64,000 bases of DNA from positions 40,860,001 through 40,924,000 of the forward strand of contig NC_045697.1 of NCBI RefSeq assembly GCF_009834535.1, given 5' to 3'. Positions within the stretch are counted from its first letter, which is position 1; each line of letters begins with the position of its first letter. Position numbers and translations under genes: made by a program. Positions 41,096 to 53,938 of the stretch are shown piece after piece. The notes under the pieces were generated by a model. That model was given only the letters and a program-made list of their open reading frames with translations. It did not search any database and was not told where the DNA came from. The DNA is from Camelus ferus (taxonomy: Eukaryota).

Positions 41096-41699
41096 ATATA
41101 CATGCACCTCAATGTTCACAGCAGCACTATTTACAATAACCAAGACATGGAAACAAAACTAAATGTCCGTAGAAAGATGAATAGATAAAAAAGATGTGGT
41201 ATATATACAACAGAATACTAATTAGCCATAAAAAAAAAAAACAATAAAATAATGCCATTTGCAGCAACATGTATGGACCTGGAGATCATCATTCTAAGTA
41301 AGCCAGAAAGAGAAAGAAAAATACTATATGATATCACTCATAAGTGGAATCTTTAAAAAAAAGAAAAAAGACACTAATGAACTCATCTACAAAACAGAAA
41401 TGGACTCGCAGACATAGTAAACAATCTTATGGCTACCGGTGGGAAGGGATAAATTAGGGAGTTTGAGATTTGCAAATATTAACTACTTTATATAAAAAGA
41501 TAAAACAAGTTTCTACTGTATAGCACAGGGAACTACATTTAATATCTTACAATAACCTATAATGAAAAAGAATTTGAAAAGGAACATATGTATGTAAATG
41601 GATGACTGAAACATTATACTGTTCACCAGAAACTGACACAACACTGTAAACTGACTATACTTCAATAAAAAAAAAAAAAAATGAAAGAAAAAAAGAGAG
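41096..41699 (+). mobile_element. 5'-truncated L1 (ORF2 end, 3'UTR, polyA)
   Basis: aatgttcacagcagcactatttacaata…ccatttgcagcaacatg…ttcaataaaaaaa; flanking repeat ggcatctt at 41088 and 41700. Confidence 0.92.
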
Positions 41700-44038
41700 G
41701 GCATCTTTAAATTATGAAACCTAGGATCTAGTTCTTAAGATCTCATTTAAATAAATAAAAATAAGAACAGTGAGTAGCTATTCTGCACATATATAATTAT
41801 AAACACTTACTTTATTTAAATATACAAATAAATGTGAGGGGAGTAATAAAAGCATTGGTTTTTTTAACTGAGATCACCTGAGTGCATAAATTTTAATATA
41901 TTTGCAAGGTTTCTGTAGAGTCACAGAAACATTTTATTTTTTAAAAAATGCTATTTATGTTGCTGCATTACATGCAGAAATGTCTTCAGTATGACAATAT
42001 GTCAACTAGCTTCTCGGTGTAAAAGTTACAAGGGGTGGAGTATACCGGAGATAGGTTTAAATAGACTTAAAAACAAAGCACCTGGATGAAAAACAAATGT
42101 AGAAAACTTAGCATTGTTTGACAGTAAATATGTCTAATGTGTTATTCATCAACTTTCTAACTTTTGACTGTGAACCATTACCATTCACCATGTAATAAGG
42201 AATCAGAAATCCCCAGAAGTCTAAGACTTGAAAACACTGTGCCTTTGATGGAAGATCACATGAGACCCCACGAAGCCCATTGTGGGTGTAGCAACCATGA
42301 ATGATTTAGTAAGACTGGCTTAAAAGGCACTGCTTTAAAAAGAAAGAAATAGGCAAGACAAAGAACAAGTCTAGACACTGGTTCTATTTCAGTGATAATA
42401 AACTGACAAGTTATTACAGTTATCCAAACTGTACGATCTAACTCCCCTTCCACAACCAGCTCTACTCACTAAAACAACCTTCAGGTTTTTTAAAAGAGGG
42501 ATTTAATTTTTATTTTGAGTGGATACATTAATTTACAAGGCAAGTAGTCTTTTGATTGAAATATAACACTACAGGGAGGGTGTTAAACCAAAGTGTGATG
42601 TTTTGTGACCATGCTTACTCCATGCCCACCCTGCCCTTCACACACACACACAGAGTGCTCTCTCACAAATCATATTAAGTGATGGTTCTAAGTCTAAAAC
42701 AACACCACTAAATTACTTTGTCAACCACAACAGGATTTACAGATGCATAAACCTGCTACTTTTGAGTGTACAGTGTCTATCAAATGTAAGTGGCAAACAA
42801 TGTTCCAGAAACATGTCTAATTCTGTGTTTCACAGGATGCATGGGCATTTTTTTATAGTTAGGCATAAGCGCAGACTACAGCGGCACCAGAAAAAAAAAA
42901 AAAACTTTCCATCAGTTTCTGGATGAGGTTGAAAGAAACTGAAGTCATATGAATAAGATAAACCATTTAATCCACGCTTTGTCTGAAAGGACATAAAGAT
43001 TTTTATCCTGGGTTTGTACCAGCAGTAATCTCAACAGTCCCCCCTGGGCTAGGTGTTGCCTGTCTTGTCTCCTGGCATCACAGTTTTTAAAAACAAAAAA
43101 CAGAACCCAAGGGAAAAAAAGGGAAAGAAAATTACTGAAGCAGTAGACTAGTGGCACACACACTCTGAGGAAACAACCTCAGCTTCAAACTACCTTGGGG
43201 ATTATTGATACTATAATAAAACACAGAGGAGAGAAGGCAAATAAAGATGGCCCTGCCCTTTGAATCTTAATTCTGAACAAGTAAATTCCCTTTATTTTTG
43301 GTCTTTAATATTGAGTAACAGGTCAGGGTCTAAAAAAAAGCCCAAAGATCATTTGAGAAAGTATAATTCACTTAATATTATAACATGATGATGATCATAT
43401 ATCACTTACTTAATCCTATTATCAAAAAGCACCTAAGTTTAACAGACTACTTTGCTTTTCTATAACTTATTTAAAACTAGATTCTTCTTAGAGAAAAAAA
43501 GAAAAGTTTACAAATTCCACTGAATCTCAGGTAGATTTAAAAATCTTTTCCGGCATTATAAGTTTGGTCTGAAAGTACAAATTGCATGAGCCTTCCAGCA
43601 AAGTTCATCTCATAAAGTGATTTACTGAACTGGCAAAAGTGAAAATATGTTTAATAAAATTTTGAACAAACAAGTGCCAGTATTTCTTTTTTTTTTAATA
43701 AATTCAAGAGCCAAGCTAGATAAATATACATAATTATTCTAAAACTTATTTTAAATAGGTATTTAGAACTTATTTTAAATAGGCATTTAATATGTGCCAA
43801 GGAGAAAATTTTCTTTGTAAAATAAATGTAGTCTAATACCTGCTGAATTTAAAAGTATTTTAAGTATAAAGCACATCAGACCACAATTCTGAAAGTTACA
43901 GTAGCAAGTAATACGTTTACGCCCATTTTGAAAAGATGAAGCAGTGGCTCTGCACATCTTTCTCCATCTCAATATATTTCTCTGTCCTTCTGACTCTCTG
44001 ACATCCCCTCACATGGTCACATACATGCAATGTAGTTT

Positions 44039-44137
44039 GTTTTTCTTTGGGGAGTGGGTAGTAATTAGGTTTATTTATTTATTTACTTTTTTTTTAAGCA
44101 TGCACTCCACCACTTTTAGCTATACCTTCTCCAGCCT
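44039..44137 (-). mobile_element. Internally deleted copy of the same SINE family
   Basis: Reverse complement matches the SINE head and tail but lacks about 40 nt including the B box; TSD tgcaatg(t/a)agttt at 44026-44038 and 44138-44150. Confidence 0.8.
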
Positions 44138-44594
44138 TGCAATGAAGTTTTAAAAGTACTCTTTTGACTTTAATCCAGAGCCCTTGACCCAAGACTCCAA
44201 CTTTCTGAGTGTCCTCAGGCACAGTGTAACTCAGCCACATCTGCCCTACCTCCCAATATTCTCACATTTACTGTCATTCCTGTTTTCTCCCTTCCTTTCT
44301 AAACTTTCTAGAATGCAGCATCTAGGTGCCAGAGAAGAGGTAATATGAAGAATAGATCATCATTCTAACAGGAATGACAAAATCAACTTCCTATTAAAAT
44401 TGCCTTGAAAAGATGGGAGGGTCAGTCCAGCAGAGGTAAATTACATCTCAGTTGTACATAAATCCACCTGTGGCCCCGACTACTCCATATACCTGGCACA
44501 CAGCCCTGCTGGGGGAAAGGCTCTGGGAGCCTCCTTCACTCTTCCTCACCTTATCATAACAACGTTCCCATTTGGGGGGTGGGTGGGGGTTGAC

Positions 44595-44689
44595 AAGGAA
44601 GGAAGGAAAGAAAGAAAAGAACAGGAAAGAGAGAAAGAAAAGGAAAGGAAATGAAACGAAACGAAAGAAAACTAAAGAAAAAAGAAAAG
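44595..44689 (+). repeat. Purine-rich (GGAA/GAAA) low-complexity repeat
   Basis: aaggaaggaaggaaagaaagaaaaga…gaaacgaaacgaaagaaaa. Confidence 0.85.
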
Positions 44690-46185
44690 ATCCTTCCAAC
44701 TTGAAGTTCTTTAATTAGTATACAGCCAAATCCTCTGTAAAAATAAGCAGTATTATGAACATCGCCACAATAATGTTGTCTATCAAGCAGCATTAAATGA
44801 ACCTGAAAGTTTTAGATTGGCTCCTAGCAGGTAAGTCTTACCTGCTGTACTCTCTTTTAGGTGAAAGTTTCAAGAGGCCTCCCAATGTTAAAAGGTTATT
44901 TTCTTAATAACTTTCTCTCCAAAGTTTTTGTAGGACAAATAAACCAGTTTCTTCTGGACTTAACTAGAATACGGTCTTTAAACAAAAAAAAAAAAAAAAA
45001 AACAAAACACTTGTGAGGGATGTAAGTCACTAAAAAACTCTATTGCTTCTTAAGTCTGAGGGTAACAGATCCTCAAACTCATTTTACAACACAGTTCTTA
45101 CTTTTAAAAAGCCAAAAAGCATAATCTAAATTCAAATCAATGAATGGAGTATTTGCACTATAATAACTTGAGGGTTTCTCCCTGCTTCCTCATTATTTCT
45201 GCCCAATTTCTGAGCTCTCTTGCAGTGGATGGAAGATTCATTACTGTTTAACCTTAAAGTAAACAAATTCTACTTCTGGGGGTAGGAGGAGGGTGGAAAT
45301 GAAAACACTGTCATCTTCTCTAATTTCATCACATCTACTTACAACTCAGATAGATACAGACTATGTGAGCACAAACTATGCTGAATAAACTAATGAGAAC
45401 CATAAAGCTACACGAACAGTAGAATTTATCTACTATACCTGCTTGCACTGAAGCAAGATTACTTCTGAATATTCCTAGACTACTAGAAATCAACACCACC
45501 ACTTGTATGTTAAAACTTGGGTAAGAGCGCTACAATATTTCACATTTGACTTGAATTTCATTTGTCTGCTGAAAAACAAAGCAATAAAAGCCAAGGAGGA
45601 ACGGGGAGGGGGAGGAGTGCACACATGTATACACACATAATTAAACCTTTAGGGTGCCAATAGCTTCAATTTGTACCTTTCCTTTAGGAAGACAAAAGAA
45701 ACCAACATTTGCCAAGTGATCCAGAAGTTCAAGACCAGAGTTTGAAAGAGGAACCAAATATCTGAGTGGTAAGGAACTGTGTATTTTAAAATGTTTTTAA
45801 TTTCTTTAAAATGCACTGCCAAAAATATGCTGTGATTTAGTCCGGATGCAAAACTCTAACATTATACTTTCTCTGCTCTTATGCCATTAATTCATTAGCA
45901 AGAGGGAGAGAGGGAGAGAGAGGAAAATCCACAATCCAAACCAACAACCATGCAAATCTCAAGAGGTATTCCAAGTCTCTAGTGGCCCCAAAAGGGGAAA
46001 AAAAAAAGCCACCCACACCACCTGTCTGTTACCTATCAAGTGTACACCAAGGGAGGGGACATGGGAGGGGCTGAATGCCTGCGGCTGGGAAGCTTATTTA
46101 CCTGGTTTGTAAGGTCAGACTCCCAGCAGCACTGAGCTACAGAGGTTTTTCGGATCCTTCTCTTCTTTGATGTTAGCCCCTAATA

Positions 46186-46298
46186 GAGGAGGCAAAAGAG
46201 GAGAAAAGGAGGGAAGGGAGGACGGAGGAAAGAGAGGAAGGGACGAAAGGGAAGAGGGAGATAAAAAGGGGGCACAGAGAGGGAATGGGAGAGAGAGG
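46186..46298 (+). repeat. GA-rich polypurine tract
   Basis: About 110 nt of almost only A/G (gaggagaaaaggagggaagggaggacggaggaaagagaggaaggg…). Confidence 0.85.
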
Positions 46299-46375
46299 TT
46301 TTTCTTTGAGGCCTCACTCGCCTAGGACCTCAGGCTCGCACTTACTGTGGGGCTGCTGCACACTGGGGCACTTAC

Positions 46376-46387
46376 CTCCGTGAACAT
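46376..46387 (-). CDS. Candidate coding part (MFTE) of an alternative internal first exon of AFF1
   Basis: Minus strand reads CAG TAA GAC ATG TTC ACG GAG|gtaagt: in-frame stop just upstream, purine at -3, near-consensus donor, and phase 0 matching the 32425 acceptor. No transcript evidence available. Confidence 0.4.
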
Positions 46388-49300
46388 GTCTTACTGCCTT
46401 CCTACATGGCAAAAGAGCTTTCCTGTTTCCATACATCCCTTTGCCAGCCCTAATCGGTGCCACTAGGTCACTGTCTTTTGTGCTGGCAGCTGCAATGGCG
46501 GCCCTGACAGGAAAGAACTTTTAATCTCTTCCCTCGTACTGAGCCATAAGCAGCAGCCAGTGCTCCCAGGCACAACTCCCCTGGCTCTGCTCCTAAAAAT
46601 GCTCTCTCAAGTACACCGTTGCTTAGCAATATTTGCCTTCCCCCTGTACATTTGAAATTGGCAACATCTGTCCCTTTGGCAGTTTTGACTTGTGCAAAGC
46701 ACCATGCTCAGAGTTTAAAAAACACGTATAGCTTTAAGAAATGGGCAGTCCTCCACTCCTCCCATCTGCCCACAGATCCAAGGATGAGGAAAGCCCCTCA
46801 GATGGTTTAATCTTCACTTAGCTTCAATGGTTGACACAAAAATCTACAGGATTCAAAATATTTAAGCCCAGAAGGAGTTCCTATTAAACTGCTCCTAATA
46901 AGTAGTGCTTGCACAATGACACCTGGGTCTGAACTAAGAATCTCCTTCAGTTCGAAATTTTCTATATACTTATTTCTATCACCAGGTATTATATGTAAAT
47001 ATCTGTTAGCAAAATAAGACATAAAGGAAATTTATTCATGGAGTAGGTAGGGTCATTTTCAGCTCACATTATAGCCCGACCTCATAAACAAAAATACAAA
47101 GACAGATGTACACACACAGAGACACAGATCAATGGCAAAGGGATATAAGAAGTCTAGAGAACAAAATTCACTTAATTCCAACATTATGAATTTCAAAACA
47201 AATGATCTTAAGTTTCTTAAGTTTTTAATGCATCCCTCAACACAGTCATCTTAGCATTTTACTGAGGTTACTCATTAACACTAAAAGTAGATCATAAAAC
47301 TGTAATTTTATACATAAGAAAAAATCTAATAAAAATAAAACTTTTACAGGTAGTATATATGTTCTGCATATAGTTTTATTTTTAACTAGCACATAGACGG
47401 GAAATAAAGGTCAGAGTATTGAAAAGCATAGAAGTCAACTAAGAATTGGACCATGCTCTGCACATACAAACTTTGGCATGTAGGTATTTTTATTCCTTTA
47501 AACAAATCAGGCTACAATTTTCTTTTTGGTCAAACCAATTTTGACATATTAGAAACACATGTTTTCAAAAACATTTTATAGGAACCAAGTTAAAGCAACA
47601 AAGGGCAGGCTGACCTGTTGCTCTTATCAAGTCTCTACCTGGAGTTCAGAGACAGAAAAGACTGGGTGATACTAGTGGCCACTAAAAATACATCCCAAAG
47701 GTCTCTAACTGGATTTAACAGCAGCCCTGAAATTCCATCACATGCTTGGATGTGTAATCCTGCTTAGCCACAAGCATGAATTCAACTAGAAGGCACTTCA
47801 CACCACAGCTCATCACTCACTACTTGCCCAGATACACAGTAATTCCTGTGAAGCTAGGTTTTTTATTGCAGTTTATGGGAGAAATTTGTGCAGACTTTGC
47901 AAATTGGGGAATTCTCAAAAATCTCAGATATTCCTCCAAGTCATCCTCAGTGGTTCTGGCCTTGCAGGGAAGTGCTTACGAACAAGGTTCTGAGTTGGAC
48001 ACACCAGCTTCCAGACATGGCTTTGCCAGGGGCAACTATTAAATTCAGTGCATGGGAATAGCTTAAGCACAGTGCCTGGTACACAGTACATTCTCAATAA
48101 AACACAGGCATCACTTTTATTCAAATATTAATCTTACCATGACACAAAAGCCTCACTCTTTTCCCCCCATTTCTTCCATTCTACTAAACCTTCCCACTTC
48201 TCCACCCCATCACACAAACACAACTTTTATTTAATGAACATCTAGGAAAACTTCCTCTAGAAATGGGAAGAAAATACTAAGGGAACGAATGACAACAAAT
48301 TCTATATATTTTAATAACTACGTAGTACAATCATGGCTTGTATCTCTCTCTCTTGATTTATCCTCAAACAGACAAAGTTTCTCCAGCTCTGAAGAAGCCA
48401 TTGCACACTAGACACCTGAGTCTGCAATATGCTTCTAATAAATTCTGAATTAATCAATCTGGGAGAAACATGATGATGTGTAGAGGCTGGGATCCTGGGC
48501 CCCGGGGACCAGGAGGACAGTGGGGGCAGGGGCTGTGGTGCTGTCCACCAGGCAAGTGCTGACAAGCCTTGAGGGTTTGGTTGAGACTGCCTCCCGGAGA
48601 CCGTTACATCAAGCCATTTACTGGACAAGGAGAAAGTACAAGAAAGCTCCCCCTGAGATGAATTCCAGGCCCAAAAGGGGAAAGCAATGACTGGTCATTT
48701 AGTACTGTCCTTCCTTCACCATGACTGTTCCTTGACTACAGAGTCTACCTGGCAATGATGGGCCACTAGAAAGCTAAACCCTGGGGTTTAATTAACCAAC
48801 TACTAGAGCATTATTGAGTGTCTCTCCATTCTGAGGCTTCTGGCTTGAGACCTGCTCTTAAGGACGAATGCCATGATCTATCCCACAGTGACAGTCAATA
48901 AATAATTATTAGGCCTGCAAGCGAGGAAAATAAAACACAGGCTGGAATACTCTTATCAAAAACAGCTATATCTTCATTACTATTCAGTGACAGCTCTGCC
49001 TTATTCTAATATTCTGAAAATCTATGGCCCCTGTACCTGTTTTTATCTCTGAAAATGTTCAAATAGAGTCCAGCCCCAGTCTCCTTCAAATCCTACATAC
49101 CTAATAACCTGCAGGACAACCTGCTGACATAGTCAGAAATACATTCCACACAGTATTATCATAAAAACCTTCTGAAAGATATTCCTCACTCAAAAATGTC
49201 TACAATTTGGCATTCACAGAGGTAGCAGCAGTAACAGCTGTCAGCAGCAGAAACATTTATTAAGCACCATTTGGATGGAGCGGTGGTGGAAGCGGGAAAG

Positions 49301-50760
49301 AAAATAATGAACAAAATTCAGTTCTGAACTGAGGAGTTTTTCAAGCATGAAAAGGTCTTTCATTGATGAAGGCAAGGAAATGTTTTAAGTCACCTCAAGG
49401 CCTCAAGCTTATTTTTATTCTATGGCATTGTCCCATCTCTTACTGAACTTTGTAATTCTTTCCTCCATGACTCAAAGGATAGTCTAAAACAGTTTTATCC
49501 AAACTTCAGTCATTTCCACACCATCCTGATGGTGATACAATATTGTAATACTATCTGTACTCTTCTCTTTAAGTCACCTTATGATGAACTCATGTCGTTT
49601 ACCTGGCCTCATCTAAGAAACAATATTTATGAAATCCTGGGTTTGATGAGCGAGTGTGTGTATATATATATATTTTTTCTAACTCATATTGAGATAACAT
49701 AGAATAGAGATACGTGCCCATATACTTCTTTGGGAATTCATACAGTAATCACTATTATTTAAACCAAATGCTAAATGAACGTCGTGAAGCATTTTGTTGA
49801 TGTTTTTTAATAAAGCTATGGTGAGTCCCCTACCTTATAAAATCATCCTACGTTATTCGCTTACGTAAGTGTTGCCCATCCTCTGTATCAGATTCTGGAA
49901 GCCTTCACAAATTACATGAAAATATGTCTGCTCGTGCCTTTCCTTACTGGATCTGTGACCCAGAACACAAAATCAACACTGTATGATCTGCAGTTCAGTA
50001 TAATCATTTTCCAGAAGTTTCGTGATGTCCAAATACAACTGAAAGCCCCCTACAGTTCTCACAACAACTAGAACAATTCTGGAAGCCCAAAAATATAGCA
50101 GGTATTCAGCAGTTTATTAGTGGCACAAAGTATTTATTCAAGTCTCTTATTTTAAAAAGCATCATATTTTTAAACATGAATAAAATTAAACCATGACACA
50201 GAATTTTAGTATTTCACCAAAACAACTGAGAAATACCGTCAAACCAACCCAAAACATTAAGATACTTCTTAAGACCCTGGTGATTCCTAAACACAGTTGT
50301 AGAGTCAATAAAGACAACTTGAAAAGATGGGTAATATACAAATTTTCCACAGTGTGAATCTGCTTTTACTGCTAGGCATTGTCAAGAAAAGGTGGGACAT
50401 CCCAGTCTACTATATGCAAGGTAGATATATCCCATTTCATTTTCACAACAGCCCTGTGGTTCAGGTGGAACTGTCCCACTTAAAGGTGGAGGAAAATGAA
50501 CCCAGGTATTCTGACTCCACAGCGTCATCCATCAGAAACACTACTTCCCACTTACTATTTCTGTAAAGCCTTAACATTAAAAACTTTTCAACTAAACAAA
50601 TTTCAGATTCTATGCCAAGGCAAAGAGATGAATCTACATTTACTTATACATTTAGACAGTATTAAAATAAGTATGATAATGATGTGATACAGAAGCTATT
50701 TATTAAATATTTACTATATGCCAGTCACTGATTTGGGGGTTTCACAAACACTGTCTTCCT

Positions 50761-50892
50761 GGGGGAGGGTACAGCTCTAGCGGTAGAGTGCATGCTTAGC
50801 ATGCACAAGGCGCTGGGTTCAATCCCCAGTACCTCCATTATAAATAAATAAATAAACAAACCTAATTACCTTCCCCAAAATAAGAAAAAAAA
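50761..50892 (+). mobile_element. tRNA-derived SINE (camelid Vic-1-like)
   Basis: ggggagggtacagctctagcggtagagtgcatgcttagcatgcac…gggttcaatccccagtacctcca, then (AAAT)n and aacctaattacc. Confidence 0.9.
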
Positions 50893-53800
50893 CCCATAGA
50901 TGTAGAACACCCATTAAAAAAAAACAACCCAAGTCTTTCTTAATCACAAATCCATACTCTTAACCACCACCTATAATGCCTACAAGTCCCATCTAATTAG
51001 TGCCCCACCCCCCTCCAAATCTTCACGTATATCTTTCTACTCTCTATCTCTGTAACATCCAGAGCTTTCAGCATTCCAAGGGTTACATGTTCTATTATAT
51101 ATGTATTATTCATGCCGAGTTATAAAATAAGTATTAAGACATCAAAATTCTCAGCCATGATATTGCTAGGTGTAAAAATAACACGCAACAAGAATAGTTT
51201 GGAAATACTCCAAAACAGTCACACCCTAGTTCTTAAACAGTACCCTATACCAATTAAGTACACTTGGACAAGTACAGAAAACTGTACCCTAAAGAACCTG
51301 TACACTATAGCAACTTAAACATGAGTTGTCTGTGTAACTACAGGATCAATATTACTAAGATTAACTCTTTTTTTTTTTTTTTTTTTTTTTTGGCAGAGGG
51401 GAGCAGGGGATGTGATGGAGTCTCTGGAGCTCCCCCAGGAGCCAGAGCTGTTACATCCTCCCTCTTCGCTGCAACCAATAAAGGCTGCTCACAATACAAA
51501 AACAAAAACATAACGTGGTTACTAAGATCAAAGGAAGGAAAGTAGCTCTCCTTTGCTGAATGGGTGTTGAAAACCAACTTCCTATTATTCACTATAAAAA
51601 CAAAAATAAAAGGTTTTAAAAGATATGCTAATGGACATGGTACAGGAAACAGCATCAGAGTTCAATTGCTAGAATACAAACTCTTTTTAAAAAAAGAATC
51701 ATAATATTTCACAGAAGAAAAAAGCATCATGACTATCCACCCCCTCATCACACACAGAGGAAAGAAAACAAAGCAAGCACATTTCTACTTGGTGACAAGG
51801 AGGATAAAAACCCATATTCCATGGCTTTCCGTGGCGGCAAACCCCCCCCCCTTTTTAAAAAAAAAAAAAAGGAGTTGTCAAGTAGGCTAACAGTGTGAGG
51901 TTTTTTTTTCTTTAACTAAAATATGAACAAGTGTCTGAATCACACATTTAAACATTTATAGGAAAACATCTTCATGTTTGGAAATAAGGGCAAAAAGATA
52001 AAGAAGCCAAGTAGGAACTACTTTACATAATGCTGTTTGAAAGTTTGAAAACCAACCCCTTTTCACTTTAAAAAAAAAAAAACAACCCTTTTCACTTTAA
52101 CTAGGTATCATTAAATACATTGCGTTATAAATCCTTCTGAAAAAACGTGTCTGGGTTCTCATCCCTCGGGTCTGCCCAAAGAGAGGAGCAATCACAAGGA
52201 TGTGACTCATAGGGAGAGAACACCAGCACTTAACAGGGCTCAGGCAGGTGACAGGAGGGGCCCAGGAGGGCTGGGGCAAGACGGAGTGTGTGCCCGTCTA
52301 AGGAATTCAAGTCCTACGTTGCCAGCGCTTCCAGTATTTTAAGAAAAAAATCAAAATACAGATTTCAATGAAAAACCTACTAATTCGCAGATGTTGCAAC
52401 TAAATCAACCCACCATACAAGACACTGCCTCTCTGAGTGGGGGTCCTCCAGTGTCAGTTTTAACACTTCCTTCTCTCTCAAAGGAGGGAATAAGGGGTAG
52501 GGAAATAAGCCCATTTTGAAGAGAAGGATCTCTTTTCATGCTAAACATGGCCCCATATACAGAATGGGCTTCTTCAGTTCCCCCCAAGAGATGGTAAAGA
52601 GGCCCTCCGCCTGAAGGGACAAAGCGTGAGGCACCTCACTGCTGACCGGGGCCGGGCTCCCCTTGGCTGCACAAGCTCCTGCCAAGCCTGCTCCGGCGGA
52701 CTGGCAGGGGCGGCCTGACAGATCGCTAGAAACATGAACCAAGGAAGCAAAACAAACCACAGTGTAGTTATTTTACATGACTTGCACGGAATAAATCTGT
52801 GAACTATAGGTGAGTCATAACATAATAAAGGACTCAATTAGGTCCAGAACAACACACCAGTGTTTTCCCTCGTCTTAGCAACTAGTTCACTGGAATCTTG
52901 TGAGAATATAAGGGACATAAAGGACCCTGGTGTCTCTGTTTTACCCTTTACTGCAAGATAATTAATCTTACTAGAAAATTAAACCCAGGTTGCCAGTCAG
53001 GCATTTTCAGGGTCAATAATTCTTAAGTTACTAGGATACCAATTAATGATACCCAAGTGGTCTAGAGAAGTTAATACCTCTACCCAAAGTGGTTGGCCCA
53101 TTCCCAAAAATTTGAATCATTCAAAGGCAAAATATTTAAAATTGAGAATCCATTGAGATTAACAGCAATTTTATTATAAGTACTACTTATATTTAAAATT
53201 TTTAAAAACCCATCGTACATTAAAGGAAATCTGGTGTGGTATTTAATACCGAGAAAAGTACCAATATACATGACAGATACATAAAAATCATTACTTTCCA
53301 ATTTTTATAGTACATAAAACCCCCTGATTAATCTCTAAACTCAAAACTGAAAAGCACAGCACTTTGAGGCTGGAACTCCACTAAGAACACCCAGTAATCG
53401 GATTAGACTGCTTATTTTCAAACCCACACATAAGAACGCCTAAAATGACCCAGGAAATACTCAGGCTGAAAATGGTAAGTCAAACAATTCCTCTAAAAAC
53501 ACTGTTGAACTTAGTGCCTGCACTTTCCATCTAAGTGTCCTAAAATAGGAAATTCAGTCCCACATCAATTTTTTTCTCCCTTTGTTCCAACACACATTTA
53601 CAAGAGATTATCTTTCAAACTCCACATCAAGATGAATTGGGTAAGAACTCTGAAGCTAAGCCCCGGGCACAAAGTGTCCCTGTTCTGTCCCAGTCCTCAC
53701 CTGTGCTAAACACAAAGGACAAACAAGCAAGTAAGACAAAGGACCCCACCCTCAAAGTGTTTACCACCCGGAGAAAGACACAGAGGATGATGCCAAAGAG

Positions 53801-53938
53801 AAGTGCTGAGAGTGGCGGTGTGGGCACCAGGAGCACAGGAGAAAATTCTAATGTCCTGTGTGACTGCACAGGGGCTAGAAGGCAGCAGCAGGAGGGCCAC
53901 AACCCAACCCTAGAGAGACAGTAAGAAGGCAACTGGAC

